Part shown: in pieces, positions 21,930 to 32,592 of the stretch
Layout of the letters: each line of letters starts with the position of its first letter
Position numbering within the stretch: the first letter of the stretch is position 1
DNA from: Candidatus Oxydemutatoraceae bacterium
GTDB lineage: Bacteria; Pseudomonadota; Gammaproteobacteria; Poriferisulfidales; Oxydemutatoraceae
Assembly: GCA_965219575.1 (NCBI GenBank)
Contig: OZ244779.1
Span: 684,769 to 748,768, forward strand
Direction: 5' to 3'
Length of the DNA stretch: 64,000 nt
The notes under the pieces: model-generated
Told to the model about the DNA's origin: nothing
Seen by the model: only the letters and a program-made list of their open reading frames with translations
The model's database searches: none
Made by a program: the position numbers and the translations under genes

Positions 21930-22850
21930 TTGAAAAAAATGAAATGGCATAACAAACTTAAAGAAAAATTGCACGGCACCGGAAGCCGTCTGGGTTCGGG
22001 CTTGAGTGCTTTGTTTGGTGCGAAGCCGGACGGCAAGTTTTTGGAAGAACTCGAGCGTCGTTTGCTATCCGCCGATGTCGGGATGGTCGCGTGCAGAGAT
22101 ATCATTGCGAATATCAAAGAACACGCACAGCGTGAGCGCATTAGCTCGATGACACAATTGGTGGCTACGGTCGAAGCGGAAATTGCGACGATACTTAAAC
22201 CATGCGAATGTGCATCGGCTATGCAGGCTCGCAACAGACCTTATGTGGTTTTGATGGTAGGAGTCAACGGTAGCGGCAAAACGACAACCGCAGCTAAGCT
22301 CGCGTATCATCATAAGCGGCAAGGGCAAACAGTGATGCTGGCAGCAGCCGATACCTTTCGTGCGGCAGCGATAGAGCAACTACGGATATGGGCACAACGT
22401 TGCGATATACCGTTGGTTGCACAGTCTCCGGGATCCGATAGTGCCGCTATCGTCTACGACGCAATGGCATCCGCCGAAGCCAAAGGTGTCGATATGGTTA
22501 TTGCCGATACCGCCGGGCGGTTGCATACCGATAAAAATCTGATTGAAGAATTGCAAAAGATCAAGCGAGTTGCGACAAAGCAAAACGAGAACGCACCCGA
22601 CGAGATCATTTTAGTCATAGACGGCACGACCGGACAAAACGCAAAAAAACAAGTTGCCGAGTTCCATAAATCTTTGGGAGTAGATAGTCTGATTGTCACC
22701 AAATTGGACGGCAGTGCTAAAGGTGGTATTATCGTTGCCGTTGCACGAGAGACCGGGATACCTATACGGTTTATAGGTGTCGGTGAGGCGTTGGATGAAC
22801 TGCATCTATTCGATGCCGCAGAATATGCAGCTGCGATAATGCAAGTATAG
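21930..22850 (+). CDS. ftsY: SRP receptor FtsY (NG domain only)
   Basis: GVNGSGKTTT, DTFRAAA, DTAGR, TKLDGSAKGG. Confidence 0.96.
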   Translation: MKKMKWHNKLKEKLHGTGSRLGSGLSALFGAKPDGKFLEELERRLLSADVGMVACRDIIANIKEHAQRERISSMTQLVATVEAEIATILKPCECASAMQARNRPYVVLMVGVNGSGKTTTAAKLAYHHKRQGQTVMLAAADTFRAAAIEQLRIWAQRCDIPLVAQSPGSDSAAIVYDAMASAEAKGVDMVIADTAGRLHTDKNLIEELQKIKRVATKQNENAPDEIILVIDGTTGQNAKKQVAEFHKSLGVDSLIVTKLDGSAKGGIIVAVARETGIPIRFIGVGEALDELHLFDAAEYAAAIMQV

Positions 22851-22864
22851 ACCAACCGAAGATT

Positions 22865-23512
22865 ATGATAAGTTTCGAGAAAGTCGGTAAAAAATATCAA
22901 GACCAAACCGCACTGGTCAATGTTAGTTTTAGCATGGAAGCGGGAGAGATGGCTTTTCTCACCGGTCATTCGGGAGCCGGCAAAAGCACTTTGTTGAGTT
23001 TAATTCCCGGCATAGAAAAGCCCGATCAAGGTAGAGTCATCATAGACGGCAACGATATAGCTCGGCTCAAAGAAAGCCGCCTCCCGCATTTGCGGCGGCG
23101 TATCGGTTTTGTTTTTCAACAACACCGTTTGTTGTTCGATCGTTCGGTGTTTGACAATGTTTCGTTACCGCTACAAATTTGCGGCACTACACCGGAGCAA
23201 TCGGAATCTCGGGCACGCGCTGCACTTAGAAAAGTAGGTTTAGACGATAAAGGGAACCTGAATCCGAAAGTTTTATCGGCCGGTGAACAACAACGTGTCG
23301 GAATTGCACGGGCTATAGTCAACCGCCCATTAATATTGCTCGCCGACGAACCCACCGGCAATTTGGATCCGCAGCTATCGGAGGAGATTATACGGCTTTT
23401 TATGGAGTTCAACGGCGTGGGTGTGACGGTACTAATTGCAAGCCACGACCTCTCTTTGATAGGGAAATTTGATTGCCGTATTATCCATTTGAGCCACGGA
23501 GAAATAATATGA
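22865..23512 (+). CDS. ftsE: Cell division ATP-binding protein FtsE
   Basis: GHSGAGKST, LSAGEQQRVGIARA, LLADEPTGNLD; follows ftsY. Confidence 0.93.
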   Translation: MISFEKVGKKYQDQTALVNVSFSMEAGEMAFLTGHSGAGKSTLLSLIPGIEKPDQGRVIIDGNDIARLKESRLPHLRRRIGFVFQQHRLLFDRSVFDNVSLPLQICGTTPEQSESRARAALRKVGLDDKGNLNPKVLSAGEQQRVGIARAIVNRPLILLADEPTGNLDPQLSEEIIRLFMEFNGVGVTVLIASHDLSLIGKFDCRIIHLSHGEII

Positions 23513-23548
23513 CATGTCCGGGAGGTTGTGGTGTGTCTGCACAAGTTA

Positions 23549-24000
23549 ATTCTTCTCCACAGGAGAGGAATGTACCGATACTGTAGTTGTGCAGACCCTT
23601 AGGGGCTGTTGAAAAAGTATCGTCAGCTTGCAACCGCAACCGCTTGCGCCATTTGGTTTTGGTTTCCATAAATTGGATGGATGAATGTATAAATCGTGTA
23701 GGCACAACGCGTTACGGGCGGACATGTTAGTCCGCCCCTACAGGTGGGTTGGATAATTATGCGGCGCAAGCGGTTACGGTTTTGCAGAACAGTATTTTTT
23801 CAACAGTCCCAGGACACAACCACCCCGTCAGGCTGCGCCTGCCACCCCTCCAAAGGAGGGGAATGTACCGTTCCCATAGTTCGTGGATACTTTTTCAACA
23901 GCCTTCCTTAGCGACCACCCCGTCAGGCTACGCCTGCCACCCCTCCACAGGAGGGGAATGTACCGTCCCTACGGTTCGTGGGTACTTTTTCAACAGCCCC
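23549..24000. repeat. Repeat cluster: family A element (23602-23810) plus two tandem family B + TIR units (~23817-23902, ~23912-24000)
   Basis: TIRs and hairpins match other copies. Confidence 0.85.
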
Positions 24001-24084
24001 ATATCGACAAAATAATATCGTTTAACAAATACGATTTGTTATAATATCCGATTTTGTAGAACCTATTCGACTATTTCTTAAATA

Positions 24085-24999
24085 ATGCGTCCTCAATCGG
24101 TTATCATTCCTAAATCTGCTACGCACAGTCTTTTACTGACATTTACCGTTAAAGACAAAAGCAAAAAGTTTGCGTCAACTATCGTCGGTATAGATAAATA
24201 TGTAGCCAAGCTAAAAAAAATTGCCCGAGTGAATAATGCACTGAGTTTCGGCGAGGCATACTGGAAGGCTATTGCTCCTACGCCCGAAACGATACCCGAA
24301 GGAATTCGAACTTTCGCCGGTATAGAGGGAGATTATTCCGCGCCGGCAACCGGTGGTGATTTATTTTTGCATTTGAATAGCCGATTTGCCGATTTGAACT
24401 ACGAGGTTGCGCATAATTGGTTCGAACCCTTCAAGAATGAACTACAAATTATCCACGAACAAGCCTGTACACGCTATTTGGATGAAAGGGACTTGACCGG
24501 TTTTATCGACGGTACCGAAAATCCGGAGGATGCAAAAACACGCCGGGAAGTTGCCCTATTGAGTACTGCCGATAGCAACCGGTTATTAGCCGGAAGTAGC
24601 TTTGTTTTTGTCCAGGGTTACAAACATAAACTCAATAAATGGAAAGCACTTACGGTACTACAGCAAGAGTATATAATAGGACGCACCAAAGAAGCGAGCT
24701 TGGAACTGTGCGAAGACAGAAAACCGAGTAATGCGCATATTAGTCGCGTCGTCATAAAAGAAGACGGCGAGGAACTCGAGATTGTGCGTCATGGCATGCC
24801 GTATTTTAGTGTCAAAGGTGCCAAAGGACTAGTATTTATAGCATATACGAAGGATTTAGACATCATAGATAAAATGTTAGCGCGTATGTATAACAAAGCG
24901 GATGAGCTACATGACCATCTAATGGATTACACCACGCCTACGACCGGTGCGATGTTTTTTACACCTTCCAGAGAATTACTTGATTCACTTAAAATTTGA
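24085..24999 (+). CDS. Dyp-type peroxidase
   Basis: RDLTGFIDGTENP (GxxDG), IIGRTK, AHI, IVRHGMPY. Confidence 0.92.
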   Translation: MRPQSVIIPKSATHSLLLTFTVKDKSKKFASTIVGIDKYVAKLKKIARVNNALSFGEAYWKAIAPTPETIPEGIRTFAGIEGDYSAPATGGDLFLHLNSRFADLNYEVAHNWFEPFKNELQIIHEQACTRYLDERDLTGFIDGTENPEDAKTRREVALLSTADSNRLLAGSSFVFVQGYKHKLNKWKALTVLQQEYIIGRTKEASLELCEDRKPSNAHISRVVIKEDGEELEIVRHGMPYFSVKGAKGLVFIAYTKDLDIIDKMLARMYNKADELHDHLMDYTTPTTGAMFFTPSRELLDSLKI

Positions 25000-25011
25000 A
25001 AAGGATAAACA

Positions 25012-26289
25012 TTGCCCGATAAAAAACAAAGATTTGCGACACGAGCGATACACGCCGGAGCTAAACCCGATTCTGCAACCGGTGCGCGTATCACGCCGAT
25101 ACATCAATCTACTGCGTTTGTATTCGAAAACGTAGATCACGCAGCGAAACTATTCAACTTGGAGGCCGAGGGATTTATTTATTCTCGGCTCACAAACCCT
25201 ACGGTTGATGTACTGCAGAAAAGACTTGCCGATTTGGAGGGTGGTGTGGCTTCGGTATGCACCGCCTCGGGACATTCGGCTCAGTTGCTGGCATTGTTTG
25301 CGTTGATGGAGTCCGGTGATAATTTTGTCGCTTCTAAAAAACTCTACGGTGGTTCAATCAACCAATTCGGTTATTCGTTCAAGCGTTTCGGGTGGCAAGT
25401 GAAATTCGTAGATCCCGACGACCCTGAAAATTTTCGTAAAGAGATAGACGAACATACCAAAGCAGTATTTACCGAAACAATCGCCAACCCCGGCGGCGTG
25501 GTATGCGATATAGAGGCCATCGGCAAAATTGCCCACGAAGCCGGTATCCCGTGCATCACCGACAATACGCTGGCAACACCTGCGTTGATGCGCCCTATAG
25601 AGTACGGCGCGGATATCGTCGTACATTCAACGACGAAGTTTTTATCGGGTCATGGCAATGCGATGGGGGGTGTAGTGATCGACGGAGGCAATTTTGATTG
25701 GAAGCAAAACGATAAATTCCGCGCACTCGGCGAACCTTGTTCGGCCTATCACGGTATATGTTTTACGGACAACTTCGGCACTGCCGCCTATGCGATATAT
25801 ACTCTAGCGGTGAGCTTGAGGGACTTAGGTCCGACGATGGCACCGTTGAATGCGTATCTGACGATTACCGGTATTGAAACTTTGCCGTTGCGCATGGCAA
25901 AACATAGTGCTAACGCTTTGGAAGTTGCGCAATGGCTGGAAAATAATCCTGCCGTTGAAGCGGTCTCTTATGCCGGTTTACCGTCCAGCCCTTATTATGA
26001 ATTAGCGCAAAAATATTGTCCCGCGGGTAGTGGCTCGGTTTTTACTTTTAGCCTCAAAGGGGGTTATCAAGCGGGGGTTAAACTAGTAGAGCAGAGTACG
26101 CTACTCTCTCATCTCGCGAATATAGGCGACACACGCTCTCTGATAACACATCCCGCGTCTACCACCCACCGCCAACTGTCCGAAGAACATAAAATATCGG
26201 CAGGTGCCGGACCGGAAGTCGTAAGATTATCTATAGGACTAGAAGACCCTTCGGACATCATTGCCGATTTAGAGCAGGCTCTTAGATAG
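25012..26289 (+). CDS. metY: O-acetylhomoserine aminocarboxypropyltransferase (sulfhydrylase)
   Basis: YSRLTNPT, VHSTTKFLSGHG, HLANIGD, HPASTTHRQL. Confidence 0.88.
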   Translation: MPDKKQRFATRAIHAGAKPDSATGARITPIHQSTAFVFENVDHAAKLFNLEAEGFIYSRLTNPTVDVLQKRLADLEGGVASVCTASGHSAQLLALFALMESGDNFVASKKLYGGSINQFGYSFKRFGWQVKFVDPDDPENFRKEIDEHTKAVFTETIANPGGVVCDIEAIGKIAHEAGIPCITDNTLATPALMRPIEYGADIVVHSTTKFLSGHGNAMGGVVIDGGNFDWKQNDKFRALGEPCSAYHGICFTDNFGTAAYAIYTLAVSLRDLGPTMAPLNAYLTITGIETLPLRMAKHSANALEVAQWLENNPAVEAVSYAGLPSSPYYELAQKYCPAGSGSVFTFSLKGGYQAGVKLVEQSTLLSHLANIGDTRSLITHPASTTHRQLSEEHKISAGAGPEVVRLSIGLEDPSDIIADLEQALR

Positions 26290-26298
26290 AATACTGTG

Positions 26299-26471
26299 AT
26301 TCCCCTCCAAAGGAGGGGAATGTACCCGCCCTATAGTTCGTGGATACTTTTTCAACAACCCCGTCGTATCTGTACTATGTTTATACATTCATCCATCCAA
26401 TTTGTGGAAACTAAAAACAAATGGCGCAAGCGGCTAGATTTTTGCGATGCCAATACATTTTCAACAGCCCC
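26299..26471. repeat. Partial family B / family A repeat cluster between convergent metY and hmuV
   Basis: CCCCTCCAAAGGAGGGGAATG, ...TTTTTCAACAACCCC, internal module, ...TTTTCAACAGCCCC. Confidence 0.8.
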
Positions 26472-27216
26472 AGGCAACATTAAAAACATTTTTCACATTT
26501 TTTTCGCTTAGCACATCGGTACTGCATCCGGTTGCATACACTCGTCCTTGATGAAGCATACAAACTTCATCGGCGTATTGTAATACCGAATTGAGATCGT
26601 GTATTACCGCTAATATCCCTAAACCTTCGGTTGCTAGGTGGTGCAGATAATTGAGCAATTTATGGCAATGCCCCCAATCCAGAGAAGTTAGCGGCTCGTC
26701 GAGTAGCAACCAACCCCTACCTTGTTCACTTAGTTTGGCTTGTAGTATCACGCGCGCAAGCCGCACACGCTGCTTCTCACCACCGGACAAAGTATGGTAT
26801 AACCGATCTTGTAAATCTTTAATTTCCAGTGCTTCTATAATTTCCTCTTTTAATTTCCGAACATGCGTTGTAGCGTATTGATTTGCCGATTGATCGCTAA
26901 AAGGCAGTTCGGCAAAACTCATAACCTCGTCTACGCTAAAAACCGTATTGAGTGCATCGTGTTGCGGTAACACCGCTCGACGGCGCGCCAGTTCTCCACG
27001 GCTCAGGTCGGATAGACTATCTCCGTCTATGGAAATTGAGCCCGAACCGGGTCTCAAAAAGCCCGCCAATAGGCGCAGCAACGTTGTTTTACCTGCACCG
27101 TTATTTCCGATCAACATATTGACTTGACCTTTGTTGAAGCGGCTATTGATTCGGTCAAGCAGACAAGCTCGCCCGGCACGATAACTCAAATCGTGCGATG
27201 TCAAATAATGCGTCAT
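26461..27216 (-). CDS. hmuV: Heme/iron ABC transporter ATP-binding protein
   Basis: GNNGAGKT, LARRRAVLPQ, LSGGEKQRVRLARV, WLLLDEP; stop lies in the MITE TIR. Confidence 0.8.
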   Translation of the reverse strand: MTHYLTSHDLSYRAGRACLLDRINSRFNKGQVNMLIGNNGAGKTTLLRLLAGFLRPGSGSISIDGDSLSDLSRGELARRRAVLPQHDALNTVFSVDEVMSFAELPFSDQSANQYATTHVRKLKEEIIEALEIKDLQDRLYHTLSGGEKQRVRLARVILQAKLSEQGRGWLLLDEPLTSLDWGHCHKLLNYLHHLATEGLGILAVIHDLNSVLQYADEVCMLHQGRVYATGCSTDVLSEKNVKNVFNVAWGC

Positions 27217-28256
27217 AATTTCTCACCGTGTCGTCTTAGTACTAACAAAACGAAAAAAGGCACGCCGACCATTGCCGTTAATATTCCGATAGGCAATTCG
27301 GAAGGTTGTAATATCACACGCGCAATCGTATCGGCAAGCAATAGAAACAATGCGCCGGTTATGGCGGTTGCCGGTAACAGAAAACGGTGGTCGGCACCGA
27401 TAACCAGACGAACCAGATGCGGCACGATCAGCCCCACGAAACCGATGATGCCGGCAACGGCAACCGATGCGCAGACGCATAGAGCAACACATAGCAAAGC
27501 CGTTTTTTTGATGCGCTCAATATTAAACCCTAGATAGACGGCGTCTTCGTCGCCTAGCGACAATGCATTTAAGGGGCGCGCCATACCTAAGAGAAAAATA
27601 AGCGCAGGCAACATCAATACGCCAACCGGAAAGAGATATGTCCAACCGATATCGGCAAAGCTACCGAACATCCAGAAAATGAAACCGCGCAACGCTGCAT
27701 CGGTGCTAATAAAGGTGATAAAACCTATGGCTGCGGCAGCCAGTGCGTTGATTGCAATGCCGATTAGCAAGAGGATGGTGTTGTCCAAAAAATCGTGTCG
27801 TCTTGCTACCCGATAGATAAATACGGCGACGACGATGCCACCTAAAAAGGCAACACTAGGCAGAAACAGAGCACTTTCGGCAGTCCACGATAGCGGTGCG
27901 ATGCCGGTGACGAGGATCAAAACAACGGCTAGGGCAGCACCCGATGAAATACCCAGCAAGGCGGGGTCTGCCAGTGCGTTTCTGAATATCCCTTGCATCA
28001 CGGCACCCGATAAAGCGAGTGCCGCACCCGTAGTGCCTACGATTAGGAGTCGGGGCAGTCTAAGCTCCAACAGGATAATGCGGGCGGTTTTATCCACCGA
28101 TTGATGAGCTAGGCCGAATACCGAAAGAAGTTCTTGCCACCCGATGGCGACGGTGCCTTGTTTGAGGGATATTAAAAAAACAACCGGCAGTGAAAACACC
28201 AGCAGTAAAATAAATCTGCGTTTAGCGGTTGTTTTGAGGGGAAGCGGCGAATGCAC
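27213..28256 (-). CDS. hmuU: FecCD-family heme/iron ABC permease
   Basis: LRLPR, QGIFRNALADP, IGFVGLIVPH, ELPIGILTA. Confidence 0.8.
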   Translation of the reverse strand: MHSPLPLKTTAKRRFILLLVFSLPVVFLISLKQGTVAIGWQELLSVFGLAHQSVDKTARIILLELRLPRLLIVGTTGAALALSGAVMQGIFRNALADPALLGISSGAALAVVLILVTGIAPLSWTAESALFLPSVAFLGGIVVAVFIYRVARRHDFLDNTILLLIGIAINALAAAAIGFITFISTDAALRGFIFWMFGSFADIGWTYLFPVGVLMLPALIFLLGMARPLNALSLGDEDAVYLGFNIERIKKTALLCVALCVCASVAVAGIIGFVGLIVPHLVRLVIGADHRFLLPATAITGALFLLLADTIARVILQPSELPIGILTAMVGVPFFVLLVLRRHGEKL

Positions 28257-28285
28257 CTTATAGGCAATAGCCGAAGCCGAGTTGC

Positions 28286-28606
28286 TTAGCGCAATGCGCC
28301 TTGGTCAAAATCAACTTCAACTGTAATATCGCTGGTCAGCCTGCTCTGACAGGCTAAAATCATGCCCTTGTCCGTCTGCTCCTTATCTAGTACATAACTG
28401 AAATCGTTGAGTGGCTTTATTTTCCCTTCTTTTAAGATACACCTGCAAGTGCCGCAACTCCCGACCCTGCAGTCGTGTGGCCATTTGATGCCTGCATTCA
28501 ATGCAGCTTGCAAAAGATTTATTTTGCCTTCCACTTCGAAAGTCTGTCCTGTGTTGGCAATGGTTACATTAAATTTACCGGGCTTTTTCTTCAAAAAATC
28601 AAACAT
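28286..28606 (-). CDS. 2Fe-2S ferredoxin
   Basis: CRVGSCGTC...ILACQ. Confidence 0.88.
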   Translation of the reverse strand: MFDFLKKKPGKFNVTIANTGQTFEVEGKINLLQAALNAGIKWPHDCRVGSCGTCRCILKEGKIKPLNDFSYVLDKEQTDKGMILACQSRLTSDITVEVDFDQGALR

Positions 28607-28810
28607 GAAAATACCTCTACTGATGTGATGGTTCTAAAGTCTAAATTATAACAGCCTATGTCCGGGGAGCGCATTGAACTGTCATAGTATATGTAAATAT
28701 AGCTGATATAGGGAGGGGGTGTCAAGAAATTGAAGTATGTGGCATCGTGTTATGTTATGATTTTCTGTATCTTATACATAGTGGAAAGAGTTTGTAAAGG
28801 GAGATTATCA

Positions 28811-29086
28811 ATGGAGACAACCGGCACCTTTGAAGATAAATATCGGCGAAGGAACACAAACAATGATGCTATGAGTTTTGTTGAATTACTCGCAGCAATA
28901 GCGATAGGAATATTCGGTATGTTCTTAGCGGAGTTAGGAATAGAAACAAACAACCCGATTTCTCAATGGTTGGGCTTTCTTATACAATTTTCGGCTGCTG
29001 GTTGGATCACAATGAAATTTTCAATTGCTATTTGGGATTTCATAGATCGTTTCAAGAAGAGAGACAATCATAATACATCCGAGTAA
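28811..29086 (+). CDS. Small hypothetical membrane protein (2 TM)
   Basis: GGAG upstream of ATG 28811; two hydrophobic segments. Confidence 0.55.
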   Translation: METTGTFEDKYRRRNTNNDAMSFVELLAAIAIGIFGMFLAELGIETNNPISQWLGFLIQFSAAGWITMKFSIAIWDFIDRFKKRDNHNTSE

Positions 29087-29099
29087 TCGATCTTATCCG

Positions 29100-29602
29100 T
29101 AGTCCGTACGCCATCTGGTTTTGGTTGCTGTAAACCAAATGGATGGATACATTGATTGTGCTAACACATTTGGGACTGTTGAAAAAGTACCCACGAACCG
29201 TAGGGGCGGCACATTCCCCTCCTTTGGAGGGGTGGCAGGCGAAGCCTGACGGGGTGGTTGTTTCGTATCTGCATGATTTATACATTCATTCATCCAATTT
29301 ATGCAAACCAAAACCATACGGCGCAAGCGGTTAGTGTCGTGCAGAACGGTACTTAAGGGCAGACACACAGGTCTGCCCCTACGACTTTGTGGTTATCATA
29401 GTTATGTGGCGCAAGCGGTTCGGTTTGAGCGATGCCTGCACTTTTTCAACAGCCCCACATTTGCAACCACCCCGTCAGGCTGAATAGAACCGCCGATTGA
29501 ACCGGTAGGTCAATCGGCGTGACTTTGTTCAGAACCTCAACATGACTGCTAAACGCATGCATTGCAAAATGCATAGGACACCCCTCCACAGGAGGGGAAT
29601 AC
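29100..29602. repeat. Nested repeat cluster (families A, B, C)
   Basis: Family A 29172-29456 containing inverted family B (29212-29260); second family B split (29464-29482 / 29579-29601) by a segment carrying family C. Confidence 0.82.
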
Positions 29603-29745
29603 TTTTCCGGCAACGAGGATTTTATATTAAAATTCTTATTACCATTTGACAATAATAAAAATGCTTTTATACTCATCGCTGGAAAAGCATGGTTGCCTCC
29701 CGAGTAAGCGGTTTCGCGCTTTATTTCGGCACCAATGTTTTCGGT

Positions 29746-29818
29746 GGGTCGTTAGCTCAGCTGGTAGAGCACCGGGCTTTTAACCCGATGGTCATAGGTT
29801 CGAATCCTATACGACCCA
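29746..29818 (+). tRNA. tRNA-Lys (TTT), CCA not encoded
   Basis: GGGTCGT acceptor/ACGACCC, D arm TAGCTCAGCTGGTAGAGC, loop CTTTTAA, T loop GGTTCGAATCC. Confidence 0.95.
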
Positions 29819-30093
29819 CTTTACTTGGTTAGGGTGACGTTACCCCAAATTTAGTACCAATGTTTTAAGTCAATTTTTCCGATAAACTAACTTCAGCATT
29901 GATAGTAAATTTGAGGATAATTTCATACCGGTTCGGGCAATGCCCATCGTTGCCTAGTGCGGATTAGTTTCTTGCGCTTCCTCGCCGGAAAATATGATTA
30001 CGGCTTTTGGATAAGTCATAGTGTGGAGCTGGTTCTGCTAGTGAGTGTTTTTTTGTTTATCGGTTCATGATGAACGGTTTATAAACGAAGATC

Positions 30094-31464
30094 TTAAGGT
30101 GCTTCTCTTAGCTTGCGCTCAATACACTGAATCATCATACCCGCTATGTCTTTTTCAGTGATAGATTCAATTCCTTCCAATCCAGGAGAGGAGTTTATCT
30201 CCAAAACTTTGGGTCCGGACTTAGAGCGTATGATGTCAACACCTGCCACTTGAAGCCCCATAGCTTTAGCAGCATTTACTGCTATTTTACGCTCTTCTGC
30301 GGTAATCTTGACAAAACTTGCAGATCCACCAAGATGAAGGTTGGCACGAAACTCTCCTGCCGCAGCCTCACGCTGAATGGAACCAACTACCTTACCATCT
30401 ATAATAAAACATCGTAAATCCTTGCCATCCGCTTCTTTAATAAACTCTTGAGCTAAAATATTGGCTCGTAAGCTCTTGAAGGCATTGATCACACTTTCTG
30501 CAGCCTTCGCTGTTTCAGCCAGCACTACGCCTTTTCCCTGTGTTCCCTCTAATAGCTTGATTACCAAAGGGGCACCGCCTACCATTTTAATAATATCAGA
30601 AGTATCCATCGGAGAATTTGCAAAGCCTGTTGTCGGCATAGGAACTCCTTTGGTAGATAGTAGCTGCAACGAGCGTAGCTTGTCGCGTGATCGGGAAATG
30701 GAAACTGAATCGTTCAGGCAGTAGGCTCCGGTAGATTGAAACTGACGAGCAACAGCGCAGCCATAAAATGTCATTGAAGGTTTAATGCGTGGGATAATAG
30801 CATCTACATCATCTAATAGCTGACCTCCACGATAATGCACTTCCGGTCTGTCTGAGCTGATGTTCATGTAACACTGACTGATGTTTACAAAGCGCATTTC
30901 GTGACCACGCTCCTCACCTGCTTCAATTAAACGTTTGTTCGAATAAAGCTCCGGGTTGCTGGCAAGCACTATAATACGCAGACCGTTTTCTCTTGGCTTT
31001 ACCGTACCATAATGTTTTTTCACTTCATCGGTGGAAACCGTACCAAGACAGAAAGAACTATCCGGATCGATTAATACGCGATTAGTCATCGCTTCACGCC
31101 CGATAAGCATACGATAACCCATTGGGTCACGGTTAGTGAGCGTGACTTCAATTTCCCATGTTTCATTACCGAGCGTAATTGGTGTTTTGATAACCGGGCG
31201 ACGCTCTTTATCGCCACTTGAGTTTTTTACCTCACGTTTATCAACGACCAAACCACGGCAGCTTTGAATGGTTTTACGGTCATTCTGAATAGGATGGATG
31301 TCAAAATGCACATAGCGTTTCCCATCTTCCTCAAACTGATGGATATTAAATGCGTGTAGTGATGATGTTTTAGCTCCCGAGTCCACCCGTGCTTTAATCG
31401 CCGGCAGTCCCAGCTCGTTCAGTCCGCACCACTCTTCCTTTCCTATTATAATTTTGTTCGTCAT
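30094..31464 (-). CDS. rimK: RimK ATP-grasp glutamate ligase with N-terminal putative ATP-dependent zinc/aspartic protease domain
   Basis: IGKEEWC...[15 protein letters not shown]; then [46 protein letters not shown]. Confidence 0.9.
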   Translation of the reverse strand: MTNKIIIGKEEWCGLNELGLPAIKARVDSGAKTSSLHAFNIHQFEEDGKRYVHFDIHPIQNDRKTIQSCRGLVVDKREVKNSSGDKERRPVIKTPITLGNETWEIEVTLTNRDPMGYRMLIGREAMTNRVLIDPDSSFCLGTVSTDEVKKHYGTVKPRENGLRIIVLASNPELYSNKRLIEAGEERGHEMRFVNISQCYMNISSDRPEVHYRGGQLLDDVDAIIPRIKPSMTFYGCAVARQFQSTGAYCLNDSVSISRSRDKLRSLQLLSTKGVPMPTTGFANSPMDTSDIIKMVGGAPLVIKLLEGTQGKGVVLAETAKAAESVINAFKSLRANILAQEFIKEADGKDLRCFIIDGKVVGSIQREAAAGEFRANLHLGGSASFVKITAEERKIAVNAAKAMGLQVAGVDIIRSKSGPKVLEINSSPGLEGIESITEKDIAGMMIQCIERKLREAP

Positions 31465-31478
31465 ATCCTATCTCATTA

Positions 31479-32507
31479 TTATGGTTTTACCGGCTCTAGA
31501 TTCTCATCAAGAAAATCATCAACCTGTTCTTTTACTTCTCTGGAATTGTCAAAGGATGCTATGTGAAAAACAGCATCGCCTCTATTGAGCAATGGCATCG
31601 TGACGGCACCAATGATGATACCCGTACAACTTGCTCTGATTTCCGCCTTGTTAACACCGAAAGGATCTGAAATAACCCCGAGCAACTGACCTTTCGTGAC
31701 CCTGTTTCCAATATATTTGATTTGTCTCAAACTCCCACTCTGTGGAGCACGAATCCATGTACTGGATAAAGCAATAAAAAGTTGATCATCTTCGGCTTTT
31801 TTCCCCTTATCAAAATCAATCATGCCGATTTCATTCATGAGTGTTAGGATGCCGTTAAGGCCGGATTTGATGACATGCTCATCATGACGCAGTGCTTCGC
31901 CTCCTTCAAATAAAAGTATTGGGATTTTGCGCTCTCTCGCAGCCTCACGCAATGAGCCGTCGGGCAGTTTGGAATTAATCATCACCGGTACGTTAAAGGC
32001 ATGAGCGAGCTCATTCGTTTTAGGATCATCCAAGTCGGCACGAATTTGCGGGAGGTTTGAGCGATGAATTGCGCCCGTATGAAAATCAACACCGTGAGTG
32101 CACTGATCAATGATTTCGGTCATAAACGTATGAGCTAATTGACCGGCAAGCGAACCTTGCTCTGATCCCGGAAAGTGACGGTTCAGATCTCGTCGATCAG
32201 GCAAATAACGCGATTTGGTATTGTAACCGAATACATTAACAATTGGCACGGCAATAAGAGTGCCTTTTATGTTCCTAAGTGCCCTATGTTTTAGCAGACG
32301 CTTTATGATTTCAGTGCCATTAATTTCATCACCATGTATCGCTGCACATACAAATAATCGAGGTCCATCTTCGCGACCTCTCATGACTTCCACAGGGATG
32401 TTCATCTCTGTAAAGTCATAAAGGCGGGCAACATTTATGTTGATCTTTTTGCGCTCCCCGGCTTCGATACAAATACCATCTATTTGCAAAACACTATCTG
32501 AATTCAT
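31479..32507 (-). CDS. Succinylglutamate desuccinylase/aspartoacylase (M14) family protein
   Basis: AAIHGDEING, RRDLNRHFPG, DFHTGA. Confidence 0.9.
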   Translation of the reverse strand: MNSDSVLQIDGICIEAGERKKININVARLYDFTEMNIPVEVMRGREDGPRLFVCAAIHGDEINGTEIIKRLLKHRALRNIKGTLIAVPIVNVFGYNTKSRYLPDRRDLNRHFPGSEQGSLAGQLAHTFMTEIIDQCTHGVDFHTGAIHRSNLPQIRADLDDPKTNELAHAFNVPVMINSKLPDGSLREAARERKIPILLFEGGEALRHDEHVIKSGLNGILTLMNEIGMIDFDKGKKAEDDQLFIALSSTWIRAPQSGSLRQIKYIGNRVTKGQLLGVISDPFGVNKAEIRASCTGIIIGAVTMPLLNRGDAVFHIASFDNSREVKEQVDDFLDENLEPVKP

Positions 32508-32592
32508 ATCAAAACCATTAAACTCGTCTAAAGATCATCACTTGTACTAAAACGATTACCGTCAAAGCCATATGCTAATAAAATATGTTCAT

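Noticed and set aside
23549-24000. Possible CRISPR array
   Set aside because: Only two or three units, inter-repeat parts are similar rather than unique, units are dispersed elsewhere, and no cas genes are in the window
24960-24999. Encapsulin targeting peptide on Dyp (LDSLKI)
   Set aside because: No linker or GSLxIGSL-type motif and no adjacent encapsulin gene
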